Made by a program: the position numbers and the translations under genes
Shown here: piece by piece, positions 10,508 through 18,601 of the stretch
Layout: every line of letters starts with the position of its first letter
How positions within the stretch are numbered: position 1 is the stretch's first letter
NCBI GenBank assembly: GCA_904420615.1
Contig: CAJFVY010000035.1
Span: 1 to 40,698 of the forward strand
Reading direction: 5' to 3'
DNA: 40,698 nt
Origin: an uncultured Bacilli bacterium
GTDB taxonomy: Bacteria > Bacillota_I > Bacilli_A > RF39 > UBA660
The notes under the pieces: model-generated
The model's input: only the letters and a program-made list of their open reading frames with translations
Database searches by the model: none
What the model was told of the DNA's origin: nothing

Positions 10508-10536
10508 AATATAGCAAAGAATGATGTTCTTGTAAA
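10508..10536 (-). promoter_or_regulatory. Sigma-A promoter of helD
   Basis: TTTACA-17 nt-TATATT (with TG at the extended -10 position) about 110 nt upstream of the helD start. Confidence 0.6.
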
Positions 10537-10562
10537 GATTTTTGTAATATTATTAACTATTT

Positions 10563-11141
10563 TTAGAAAGCTGGTTTTGCTCTATCTATCTTTTTTACTC
10601 TTCCGCGGATTTCTTTATCTAATACATGTAAAGTACTTTTAAAATTCATCTTTGATAGGACATGTAAGACATAAGCATCAACCATAGATAATTTTTCATA
10701 GTTTTCTAATCTTTCATCTTTCTTTATTTTTTGACTTAACTCTTCTAGTGGTTGATCTTTTAAATCAGTTATTCTATCTTTTGCTTTTTTTAATTCAGAA
10801 GAAGTCAATTTATCAAGCATTAAATCCTCAAGAGAATTTCCCATATAATGATATACTTCACTATACTCATGAATAGAGCATTCACCTTTTGCATATTTCT
10901 TAAATAAAAGTGCCATATGATCTCTTTCTTTATATTTGGCTAGTTCTACACTTTCCTCTTCCGATAATTCTAAATAACTTTTTGAGCTAAAGTATGCTTT
11001 TCTTGCTTTTTCATGTTCACTTTCATGGGATAACCACTTAATCCATTCTGCAATAAGATCCAAATTGCCTGCTATATCTCCATGAATTAGTTTACTTCCT
11101 GATTTTTGTGCCTCTTTGATTAATTCTCTAGATTTAAACAT
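10563..11141 (-). CDS. Hypothetical protein (192 aa)
   Basis: ORF with AAAGGATG RBS; charged and likely helical, no motif recognised. Confidence 0.7.
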   Translation of the reverse strand: MFKSRELIKEAQKSGSKLIHGDIAGNLDLIAEWIKWLSHESEHEKARKAYFSSKSYLELSEEESVELAKYKERDHMALLFKKYAKGECSIHEYSEVYHYMGNSLEDLMLDKLTSSELKKAKDRITDLKDQPLEELSQKIKKDERLENYEKLSMVDAYVLHVLSKMNFKSTLHVLDKEIRGRVKKIDRAKPAF

Positions 11142-11182
11142 ATTCTCTTCATCCTTTCTAATTTATAAAAACTTATATTATA

Positions 11183-11878
11183 TTAGTTATTAATATTAAT
11201 TAATGTCTTTACTTTCTGTTGCTTGTTTTGCTCTAATTCTTCTTTTTGTTTTGTTGTTAAAGGAACATAGCCTGCCCCACAATCAAAATATTTTTCATTA
11301 TCAAATGAATATAATTGTAATGACCTATCGGGATATAAAACTTCTCTAGAAAAATGTCGAACTCTGCTAGTTAAATAAGTGTTTAAAGTATTGGCTTTTC
11401 TTTCTTTATTATGTAAATTTCTAAGATTATAAATAGTAGGTTTAACTAATCTTTCAACATCACTATTCAATATATATCCTTCTTCATCAAAAGATAGATC
11501 TAATGTATCCATATATTCTTTTATTTCACCAAAATCTTTTTCATTAATTTTCTCTATGATACCTAGTAAAGTTTGTGTTTTATTCTTTACTATTGATATA
11601 TATGTTTTAAAATATCGTAATATTTGAGGAGCATCCATACATCTTTCTTCTTTTATACAAACTGCTACTTCTCGAACTGGATAAGCGGTTTGTAAATCAA
11701 ATGCCTGGTTTAAATATCCCATTATATTTTCTAATGTAACAGATACTCTCACCTTATCTACAGAGCTTTTTAGGTCTTCAAAATTCATTTCCATAATTTC
11801 TTCTAAGGAAGCTACTAAAACCTTAGGATTCACATAATTTTTACCTTCATTAGCTATATTTAACTCTATATTTTCCAT
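11183..11878 (-). CDS. Hypothetical protein, paralog of 12074..12775
   Basis: GGAG RBS; shares LDLSFDEE, SDVERL, PTIYNL..LHNK, TYLT.R, GYVPLT with its neighbour. Confidence 0.85.
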   Translation of the reverse strand: MENIELNIANEGKNYVNPKVLVASLEEIMEMNFEDLKSSVDKVRVSVTLENIMGYLNQAFDLQTAYPVREVAVCIKEERCMDAPQILRYFKTYISIVKNKTQTLLGIIEKINEKDFGEIKEYMDTLDLSFDEEGYILNSDVERLVKPTIYNLRNLHNKERKANTLNTYLTSRVRHFSREVLYPDRSLQLYSFDNEKYFDCGAGYVPLTTKQKEELEQNKQQKVKTLININN

Positions 11879-12073
11879 ATTAATACTACTCCAATTTGTA
11901 TCTACTTACTTCACAATGATACATTACCATTCTATAGCCATAAGAAAGAAATTGTCAATTATTTAAATAAAATTATTTCAAATACTAGTTTGTAAAATAT
12001 TTCTTATGTGAATAGAAAAGAAAAAAGTACTGAACTTTTATCAAATACTTTTCATACTTTATAAATCTAAATC

Positions 12074-12775
12074 TTAAAACCAAGCAGGTAAGCTTTTTAC
12101 AAATGTCTTTATGGTGTCTTTATCTTTTTGTTGTATTTTCTGTTTTTGATTTTCTGTTAGTGGAACATATCCTCCATATTCTTCATTATCAAGCGATTTA
12201 ACTTGTAAAGAAGAAGAAGGATATAAACACTCATAAGAACTACCATATGGCATCCTAGTAGTTAAATAAGTTCCCATAGCATTTGATTCATCTACTTTAT
12301 TATGTAAATCTGTAAGATTATAAATAGTAGGAGCAATCAATCTTTCAACATCACTACTTAATATATTTTTCTCTTCATCAAAGGATAAATCTAACTCATC
12401 TATATATTCTTTAACAGAATCTAAATCTTTAATACTAAGTTTTCCTATCAATTCTAATAAAGTTTGTGATTTTGTTTTAACTATATTAATATATCTTTTT
12501 AAATATTCTAAAATATCAGGAGCTTGAGCATATCTTTCTCCTTTTATAACACCCATTATTTCACTTTCAGGGTACATTTGTTGTTCATTAAAAACACGAT
12601 CTAAGTAACTATTTACTTCTTGTAATGTAATAGTAACTCCTATTTCATTCACTGAAGTTTTCAAATCTTCAAGATTCTTTCCTGTAATTCTTTCTAAAGC
12701 TGTTATTATAGCCTTAGGATCTACATATTTTAATTCCTGGTCCTTTCTATTCTCTGTTAAATTTAATTGTTTCAT
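12074..12775 (-). CDS. Hypothetical protein, paralog of 11183..11878
   Basis: Same conserved blocks as the adjacent gene over the full length. Confidence 0.85.
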   Translation of the reverse strand: MKQLNLTENRKDQELKYVDPKAIITALERITGKNLEDLKTSVNEIGVTITLQEVNSYLDRVFNEQQMYPESEIMGVIKGERYAQAPDILEYLKRYINIVKTKSQTLLELIGKLSIKDLDSVKEYIDELDLSFDEEKNILSSDVERLIAPTIYNLTDLHNKVDESNAMGTYLTTRMPYGSSYECLYPSSSLQVKSLDNEEYGGYVPLTENQKQKIQQKDKDTIKTFVKSLPAWF

Positions 12776-12858
12776 CCTATTGAATTCCTTTCATTATATA
12801 CACTACTGTCAATATTATTTTAGCATATTATCTTTATATAAAACAAGAAGTTTATATC

Positions 12859-14070
12859 TTAACTATAAATACTATTTGTCATCTTACTTACGGCTATAAA
12901 AATATAAGAAATCTTATACCATGTTTGAAAATTTACGGTACCCGTAGGAGATAGATTAAATACTTCCTGAAATTTTCTAACGGCTCTAGTAGTAGCACTA
13001 TCAAATAAGCCTGACGGATTTTCAATCATGGGAATTCCTGGGTAACTACTACGAATATAATTTAAAGTATTTTGTAATCTATAAACATCTATACTGCAAT
13101 CTCCTTCTTCTAAGGTTGTTGTAAAAGAATATGGGTAACTTTGAGTAACTTCTGCTTCATAAATATTAATATTATTCCCATAATAATATCTTAAAATTTC
13201 TAAATAGTTATACCCCCTATCTCCTAATTCTTTTGAACCCCATTGACTCATATTTCCCGGTTCTGTTGTACTACTCTTATAATGAGCAAGTAAAGGCTCC
13301 ACTCTATATCCTTGACGAATGTAATTGGTAAATATTTCATCTACTACTCTAGAAATAGGTTCAAATATTGTACCATTTACTGTATATTTCTGATCATAAC
13401 TAGTAGTAGATGTGATTGTAAAATCATATCCCCTACTTCTATACCATTCTGTAAAAATACGATTTAGCGTATAAGAAATGATTGCTAAGACATTGGCTTT
13501 TATCGTTTCCTCAGGCCAAGTACTATAAATTTCACTACTTGCTACATTCTTTATATAGTCAATAAACGGGACAGTATAATTAGGTGCACTAGAATTAGAA
13601 GGAATACCATCATGTACAATAATATTTGCAGGAATCACTACTTCAGATAAAACATTGAGATTAATTTCTTCTTCCTGTTCTTCTGTTATATTTTGGGGAT
13701 ATTCTTGCCATAAAGTACTAGGTGTGATAGTAGAAGTATCTTCCCCTTGATTTTCATCTATAGAAGTTAAATAAATATTTTGAATAGAAGTAACTCCATC
13801 AAAAATTTGTACACCTACTATTTTAGTAGGAGTAAGACCTAATGCCGTTACTAACACATCATAAGTCTCATAAGGCCTCACCTCATGTTGTTCTTCTAAA
13901 GAATAACTTTTATCTACTGTTTGCAAAGTAATTGGAGGAGTCTTACCATCTTCATCCGTCATCTCAGTTATTAAGTTAACACCATTTTTAGATACTGTTA
14001 CCATTGCATTTGGAACAGGATTTGCAATTGTATCACTATAAACATTAACAACTAAATATCCATTTGCCAT
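12859..14070 (-). CDS. sleC: SleC-like spore cortex-lytic enzyme (pro-region, SpoIID/LytB-type catalytic domain, C-terminal PG-binding domain)
   Basis: IIVHDGIPS...YTVPFIDYIKNVASSEIYSTWP, LNRIFTEWYRSRGYDFTIT, MSQWGSKELG, ILRYYYG, AVRKFQEVFNL.PTGTV...TW, all characteristic of clostridial SleC. Confidence 0.8.
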   Translation of the reverse strand: MANGYLVVNVYSDTIANPVPNAMVTVSKNGVNLITEMTDEDGKTPPITLQTVDKSYSLEEQHEVRPYETYDVLVTALGLTPTKIVGVQIFDGVTSIQNIYLTSIDENQGEDTSTITPSTLWQEYPQNITEEQEEEINLNVLSEVVIPANIIVHDGIPSNSSAPNYTVPFIDYIKNVASSEIYSTWPEETIKANVLAIISYTLNRIFTEWYRSRGYDFTITSTTSYDQKYTVNGTIFEPISRVVDEIFTNYIRQGYRVEPLLAHYKSSTTEPGNMSQWGSKELGDRGYNYLEILRYYYGNNINIYEAEVTQSYPYSFTTTLEEGDCSIDVYRLQNTLNYIRSSYPGIPMIENPSGLFDSATTRAVRKFQEVFNLSPTGTVNFQTWYKISYIFIAVSKMTNSIYS

Positions 14071-14166
14071 ATTTCACCTTCTTATATAATAGAAACCTAT
14101 TATATCCTTTCTTTATAGTATATGAATTTTTATAAACAAATGCATATAATTTACTGAGGTGATATC

Positions 14167-15273
14167 ATGCAAGATAATAATTTACAACTAGGAGATAGTG
14201 GTGATCTTGTCCGTATATTACAAGAAAAATTAAAAATACTAGGATTTTACAATGCTATTATCACAGGAGACTTTGGGCTTGCTACCGAAGCTGGAGTAAT
14301 TGCTTTTCAACAAACATATGATTTAGAACCAACAGGTGTTGTTAATAATGAAATGTGGCAATTACTTTTTGAATTAACAGAAGTAGCTTCCCCCATTACA
14401 CTAAGTGAGTATCCCATTTTAGAAATAGGGTCTAGTGGACCTTATGTAAGAGAATTGCAAACCAACTTAAAAACACTTTTATATTATACTGGAGATATTA
14501 ATTCATATTTTGATACAGAAACACAACTAGCTGTTAAAAGATTTCAGTTTCATAATAATTTAACAACTACTGGAATTGTAAATGCACAAACTTGGAATTC
14601 ATTAAATACTTTGTTTGGAAATTTAAATGAATGTGCTATTTCTGGTACAGAAAATAACTATATTACTTATATTGTAGAAGCTGGGGATACTTTATATGCT
14701 ATTGCTAGAAGATATAATACCACAGTAGATGCTATTAAAGAACTTAACAATTTAACTAGCAATACTTTAAGCATTGGACAAGTTTTAAGAATACCTTCTA
14801 CTAATGAAACTACTCCTACTGTTACTTATACTGTTAAGGCGGGGGATACTTTGTATGCCATTGCTAGAAAGTATAATACTACAGTAGATGCTATTAAAAG
14901 TCTGAATAATCTAACTAACAATACTCTAAGTATTGGACAGGTTTTACAAATTCCTTCTAATAATGAAACTACCCCTACTATTACTTATATTGTTAAAGCA
15001 GGTGATACTTTATATGCTATTGCTAGAAAATATAATACTACAGTAGATGCTATTAAAAGTCTGAATAATCTAACTAGCAATACTCTAAGTATTGGACAAA
15101 TCTTACAAATACCCTCTACTAATGAAACTACTCCTACTATCACTTATATTGTTAAAGCAGGTGATACTTTGTATGCCATTGCTAGAAGATATAATACTAC
15201 AGTAGATGCTATTAAAGCTCTTAATAATCTAACTAGTAATACCTTAAGTATTGGACAAGTTTTATTAATTTAA
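14167..15273 (+). CDS. Peptidoglycan-binding protein: 2 PG_binding_1 domains plus 4 LysM domains, no catalytic domain evident
   Basis: Two copies of L.xGxSG..V..LQ..L...G.F...T...V..FQ....L..TG.V...W and four YxVxAGDTLYAIARxYNTTVDAIK.LNNL...LSIGQ.L.I repeats; GAGGTGA RBS. Confidence 0.9.
   Translation: MQDNNLQLGDSGDLVRILQEKLKILGFYNAIITGDFGLATEAGVIAFQQTYDLEPTGVVNNEMWQLLFELTEVASPITLSEYPILEIGSSGPYVRELQTNLKTLLYYTGDINSYFDTETQLAVKRFQFHNNLTTTGIVNAQTWNSLNTLFGNLNECAISGTENNYITYIVEAGDTLYAIARRYNTTVDAIKELNNLTSNTLSIGQVLRIPSTNETTPTVTYTVKAGDTLYAIARKYNTTVDAIKSLNNLTNNTLSIGQVLQIPSNNETTPTITYIVKAGDTLYAIARKYNTTVDAIKSLNNLTSNTLSIGQILQIPSTNETTPTITYIVKAGDTLYAIARRYNTTVDAIKALNNLTSNTLSIGQVLLI
14662..15270 (+). repeat. 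Intragenic tandem repeat, 4 x 159 bp (LysM plus linker)
   Basis: Units begin near 14662, 14821, 14980 and 15139 with near-identical DNA. Confidence 0.9.
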
Positions 15274-15290
15274 AATTAACATTATTACAA

Positions 15291-15329
15291 AATAAAGGCA
15301 CAGCCTAAGAATGCTACTGTGCCTTTATT
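15291..15329. terminator. Bidirectional intrinsic terminator
   Basis: AATAAAGGCACAG...CTGTGCCTTTATT between convergent genes. Confidence 0.8.
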
Positions 15330-15891
15330 AATAATGGGTTCTAAGTTCATACACAATTACTTTTTCTTTTTTTATACCTACGTCTTTATTGAATAAAGAA
15401 AATTCAACAATGGAATCTTGTAAATTATGATCAATTACATATTGATATATAATATCGAAATGAGGTATATTATTTAATCTTTTATCAAAAATATCACTTT
15501 TAAAATTAAAGGTTGGCTCTACTAAAGCATCCCTTACGGAAGCTGCCGCATCAGTAGATAAAGTTGCATAAACTTCACCATTAGATAAAAATTCAATTTC
15601 TCCAACTAACAATTGATTTTCAACATAATTTATAGAACTAACATTAATTGTAAATAAATTATATTCTTTTATCTCTTCTAATACTTTATCATAATCAACT
15701 TTCAATTTAAAAACTCCGCAAGCTTTAGATCTATCTCTTATAGCATAATAATTAGCAGGATAAGTTTTTAAAAATTCCCTTACTTTTTCATCTTCTCCCT
15801 TTTTAAATAACTGTTCAGGAAACTTATTTAAACCAAGTTCTGTAATTTTTTTAATACTTTCTAATTTATTATTGATAATCAAACTAAACAC
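15328..15891 (-). CDS. Hypothetical protein (187 aa), possibly degenerate ATP-grasp-like
   Basis: GTG start with GAAAGGA RBS; YAIR and IVEFS...IVYELRT loosely resemble ATP-grasp motifs. Confidence 0.65.
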   Translation of the reverse strand: MFSLIINNKLESIKKITELGLNKFPEQLFKKGEDEKVREFLKTYPANYYAIRDRSKACGVFKLKVDYDKVLEEIKEYNLFTINVSSINYVENQLLVGEIEFLSNGEVYATLSTDAAASVRDALVEPTFNFKSDIFDKRLNNIPHFDIIYQYVIDHNLQDSIVEFSLFNKDVGIKKEKVIVYELRTHY

Positions 15892-15911
15892 TTCCTTTCA
15901 GCAGTTTCAGT

Positions 15912-16946
15912 TTATGCTAACTTTGTGTTTTTATATTCTTTTATCTTTTTTATTATAATTGGGTAAAAATCATCAATCCTTTTATAAATATTTCTTTGTC
16001 TTTCATATTGACATAAAGAATTAACTATAGGCTCAATATATATAAAACTATTTTCTTTTTCATCTTCTATTAGTTCTTGTGCCCATTTATAATCACCATA
16101 CACATTTATTATATATCTTATTTCAAGAGCTCTTACGATGTGTTCGTTTATAATATGAGTATCATATGGATAAGCTTGTCTTTTCATACTTTCCCTTATA
16201 TCATCAAAGAAATTTGTATCTTTTGTTAAAATCTTTAACTTATCTGTTATAGGATTAATATATGCATGACTAAATTCATGAAATGGATTAAAAAGTGTTA
16301 TTTTTTCATGATTAGTACTATCAAATAAAGTTTCTGCTTGCATTCCCTCAAATACTGGAAAACAATCATAAACTTCATTATCATTACTGCAATAAAAACC
16401 ACCATTAGTCATAAAAGGAATTAAGTTAACTATTAATTTTTTATTTAAATTATATCCATAATACTTAAAAAAATAGTTAGAAAGATTATACTTTTTAAAG
16501 GCATAAGACATTCCATTAATCCATTTAGCATATAAAGTTCTATGAGAATTATAAAACTCATAAAAATCAATTTCATTACTAAAAGTATTTAATTCGTTAA
16601 TAAAATCAAAAATTTTCTCATCACCTTGTAATCTATCCAAGTAACAATAATCAGTCAATTTATTAGTATTTAATTTTGAATCTAACTGCAAAAACAAATC
16701 TAGAGGAGCATCATAATTAAAGGAATGTTTTTCTACTAAAGCTTCAAATTTTTTTATTAATTTATGATTTTTATATTTAGAAAAATGTTTTAAAATATCA
16801 TTTACATAAAACTCATTTCCACATTTATTAAATAATTGCTTATACTTTTCATGATAATTACTAATCCACATAATTACCCCAAGCAATTCTGTTCTATAAT
16901 CTACTTCTATATAAATATTATCTATTTTTACTCTAACACTTTCCAT
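15912..16946 (-). CDS. DUF4932-like putative metallopeptidase (HExxH)
   Basis: VDYRTELLGVI N-terminal block, HEFSHAYINP, INEHIVRALEIR. Start moved to ATG 16946 (AGAAGGA RBS). Confidence 0.7.
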   Translation of the reverse strand: MESVRVKIDNIYIEVDYRTELLGVIMWISNYHEKYKQLFNKCGNEFYVNDILKHFSKYKNHKLIKKFEALVEKHSFNYDAPLDLFLQLDSKLNTNKLTDYCYLDRLQGDEKIFDFINELNTFSNEIDFYEFYNSHRTLYAKWINGMSYAFKKYNLSNYFFKYYGYNLNKKLIVNLIPFMTNGGFYCSNDNEVYDCFPVFEGMQAETLFDSTNHEKITLFNPFHEFSHAYINPITDKLKILTKDTNFFDDIRESMKRQAYPYDTHIINEHIVRALEIRYIINVYGDYKWAQELIEDEKENSFIYIEPIVNSLCQYERQRNIYKRIDDFYPIIIKKIKEYKNTKLA

Positions 16947-17014
16947 ATTTATCATTCCTTCTAAAGTAATTAATTTCATAATTAATTGGTCCAATTTCTT
17001 ACAATCTTTATATA

Positions 17015-17589
17015 TTACAAGACTTCTTCTACTACTGCAGTACCTGCAAATAAATACTCCTTTATATTTTTTTTTTACTTCCTGTCCAATACAACCTTGC
17101 TTGTTCTTTCTTTTTATTCAAAGAAATATTTTGCCTTAAGATAAAAGAAGCGTCACCAAGAAAAACTTTGCCGGTTAATTTTAATTTTAGTAATTGAAAA
17201 TTTTTCTTATTAGTCCTTTTAAAAATATTAATCCATTCGTTTATTTCTTCCTCAGTTTTACAAACATATAAACATTTTAATCTAGATGGCAATTCTGAAT
17301 TAATTTCTTTTCTTACCTCTTCAAACATTAATTCTCTTGTAATCATAGCATCATCATTTATTGTTTTAAAAATTAAATTAGCAATCTCTTTATTAAGTAT
17401 TAAATTATTGTTTTTTCGCATTTCCATTAAAAACTGATTAGCATCTTTTTCACTTTCTAAATGTTCACAATTATAAATCTCGTAATAAAAATTATTAAAT
17501 TCTTCACCGATTTTTAAAACATCACCTACTTTTAACTTATTACCTGTATTAATATGATAATAAACTTCATCAATTATATTACTTAGCAT
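17015..17589 (-). pseudogene. DUF2441-family protein, frameshifted in a poly(A)10 tract
   Basis: RELMFEEVRKEINSELPSRLKCLYV and A..YW.G motifs; the expected C-terminus (IKEYLFAGTAVVEEVL*) lies in another frame after the A10 run at 17067-17076. Confidence 0.7.
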
Positions 17590-17627
17590 TTTAAATCACC
17601 TTTTTCTTAAACATTTATACTATTTTA

Positions 17628-18090
17628 TCACAAATTTGTATATATTAAAACTTCCATTAACAAAGTAAATAACTCATTCAAATAAATTTTTATATTATTT
17701 CCATATATTACCGGACTAGAAGTAATGTTTTGAGGAGTAGTTGGATAGCAAGCATGTTTTATTAAGACTTTTTCTACTTTAATATCTGTTTCGTAAGTTA
17801 CAACTAGTGTATTATTTTCTGTTAATTTATTTTTATTTTCTATCATTTTATCTATTTTTTCCTGATTTCTGGCGATTGTTGATAATTACTTTTTTATATC
17901 CATTAGTGGAAGAAGGCTTACTATAATTAGAACTATCTTTATCGTTATTATTTTTTAATCTTTCATTTTCAAGTAATAATTCTTGAACTTTTTTATTTGC
18001 CTTTTCTAGTTCTTTTGTAAGTTTCTTATTATTTTCATTTAATTCTTCAAATTGTTTATAAACATCATGTACATATCCTTTTGTTGTCAT
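17628..18090 (-). mobile_element. Degraded IS66-family transposase remnant (two fragments)
   Basis: Coiled coil followed by KDSSNYSKPSSTNG...RQKSGK (IS66 TnpC N-terminus, DUF6444-like); second fragment contains SPVIYGNNIK; no DDE domain. Confidence 0.7.
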
Positions 18091-18161
18091 ATCTAATACC
18101 TACCTTTGTTTTTATTATAAACAAACTGTAACTTCTAAATTGTCATAAATTTAGTAAATTA

Positions 18162-18190
18162 TTGTTTTAAGAACAAGCGTTCGTTATAAT
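18162..18190 (+). promoter_or_regulatory. Sigma-A promoter with LexA/DinR (Cheo) box in the spacer
   Basis: TTGTTT(18162-18167)-17 nt-TATAAT(18185-18190); GAACAAGCGTTC at 18171-18182 fits GAAC-RNRY-GTTC. Confidence 0.7.
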
Positions 18191-18252
18191 ATATTTAGGA
18201 ACATTTAATAGTTGGGTGCTACCTCTGACTTTACAGATAGGAGGTGATGCTT

Positions 18253-18336
18253 GTGAGTAAGAAAAATTTTTTGATCTTTTCTTTAATCATTATCATCCTT
18301 TTACTTATAGCATTACTTTTTGTAATTCTAAAATAA
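18253..18336 (+). CDS. Small hydrophobic peptide (27 aa), putative type I toxin
   Basis: AGGAGGTG RBS, GTG start, MSKKNFLIFSLIIIILLLIALLFVILK*; single transmembrane segment; structured 5' and 3' UTRs. Confidence 0.75.
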   Translation: MSKKNFLIFSLIIIILLLIALLFVILK

Positions 18337-18460
18337 AAATGCACCTAACTCAAGCTTTGAATTAGGTGCTACACAAATTATTGGGTAACACTCAACACGG
18401 CAATATTGAATGTTCCTTTAATATTTTATGATTTTTTCTTCATCCATATACATAATAACA

Positions 18461-18488
18461 CAAAAACGACTTTCTGACAAGTCGTTTT
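18461..18488 (-). terminator. Intrinsic terminator downstream of tRNA-Arg
   Basis: AAAACGACTT...AAGTCGTTTT inverted repeat. Confidence 0.7.
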
Positions 18489-18524
18489 CTATTGTTACGC
18501 GAAAGTTCGCGTTTACTATCAATC

Positions 18525-18601
18525 TGGTGTCCCAGAAGGGATTCGAACCCCTGACACCCGCCTTAGAAGGGCGATGCTCTATCCAGCTGAGCTACTGGGA
18601 C
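18525..18601 (-). tRNA. tRNA-Arg (TCT)
   Basis: GTCCCAGTAGCTCAGCTGGATAGAGCA-TCGCC CTTCTAA GGCGG-...GGTTCGAATCC...GGGACACCA; 77 nt with encoded CCA. Confidence 0.97.

Noticed and set aside
10516-10531. LexA box in the helD promoter
   Set aside because: AAGAACATCATTCTT has the wrong spacing and half-site for GAAC-N4-GTTC; kept only as an unnamed palindrome.
14662-15270. CRISPR or DGR-like repeat array
   Set aside because: Repeats are in-frame LysM domains with no spacers; no cas or reverse transcriptase gene in the window.
16947-16994. Upstream start for the DUF4932 gene
   Set aside because: RBS AGAAGGA supports ATG 16946.
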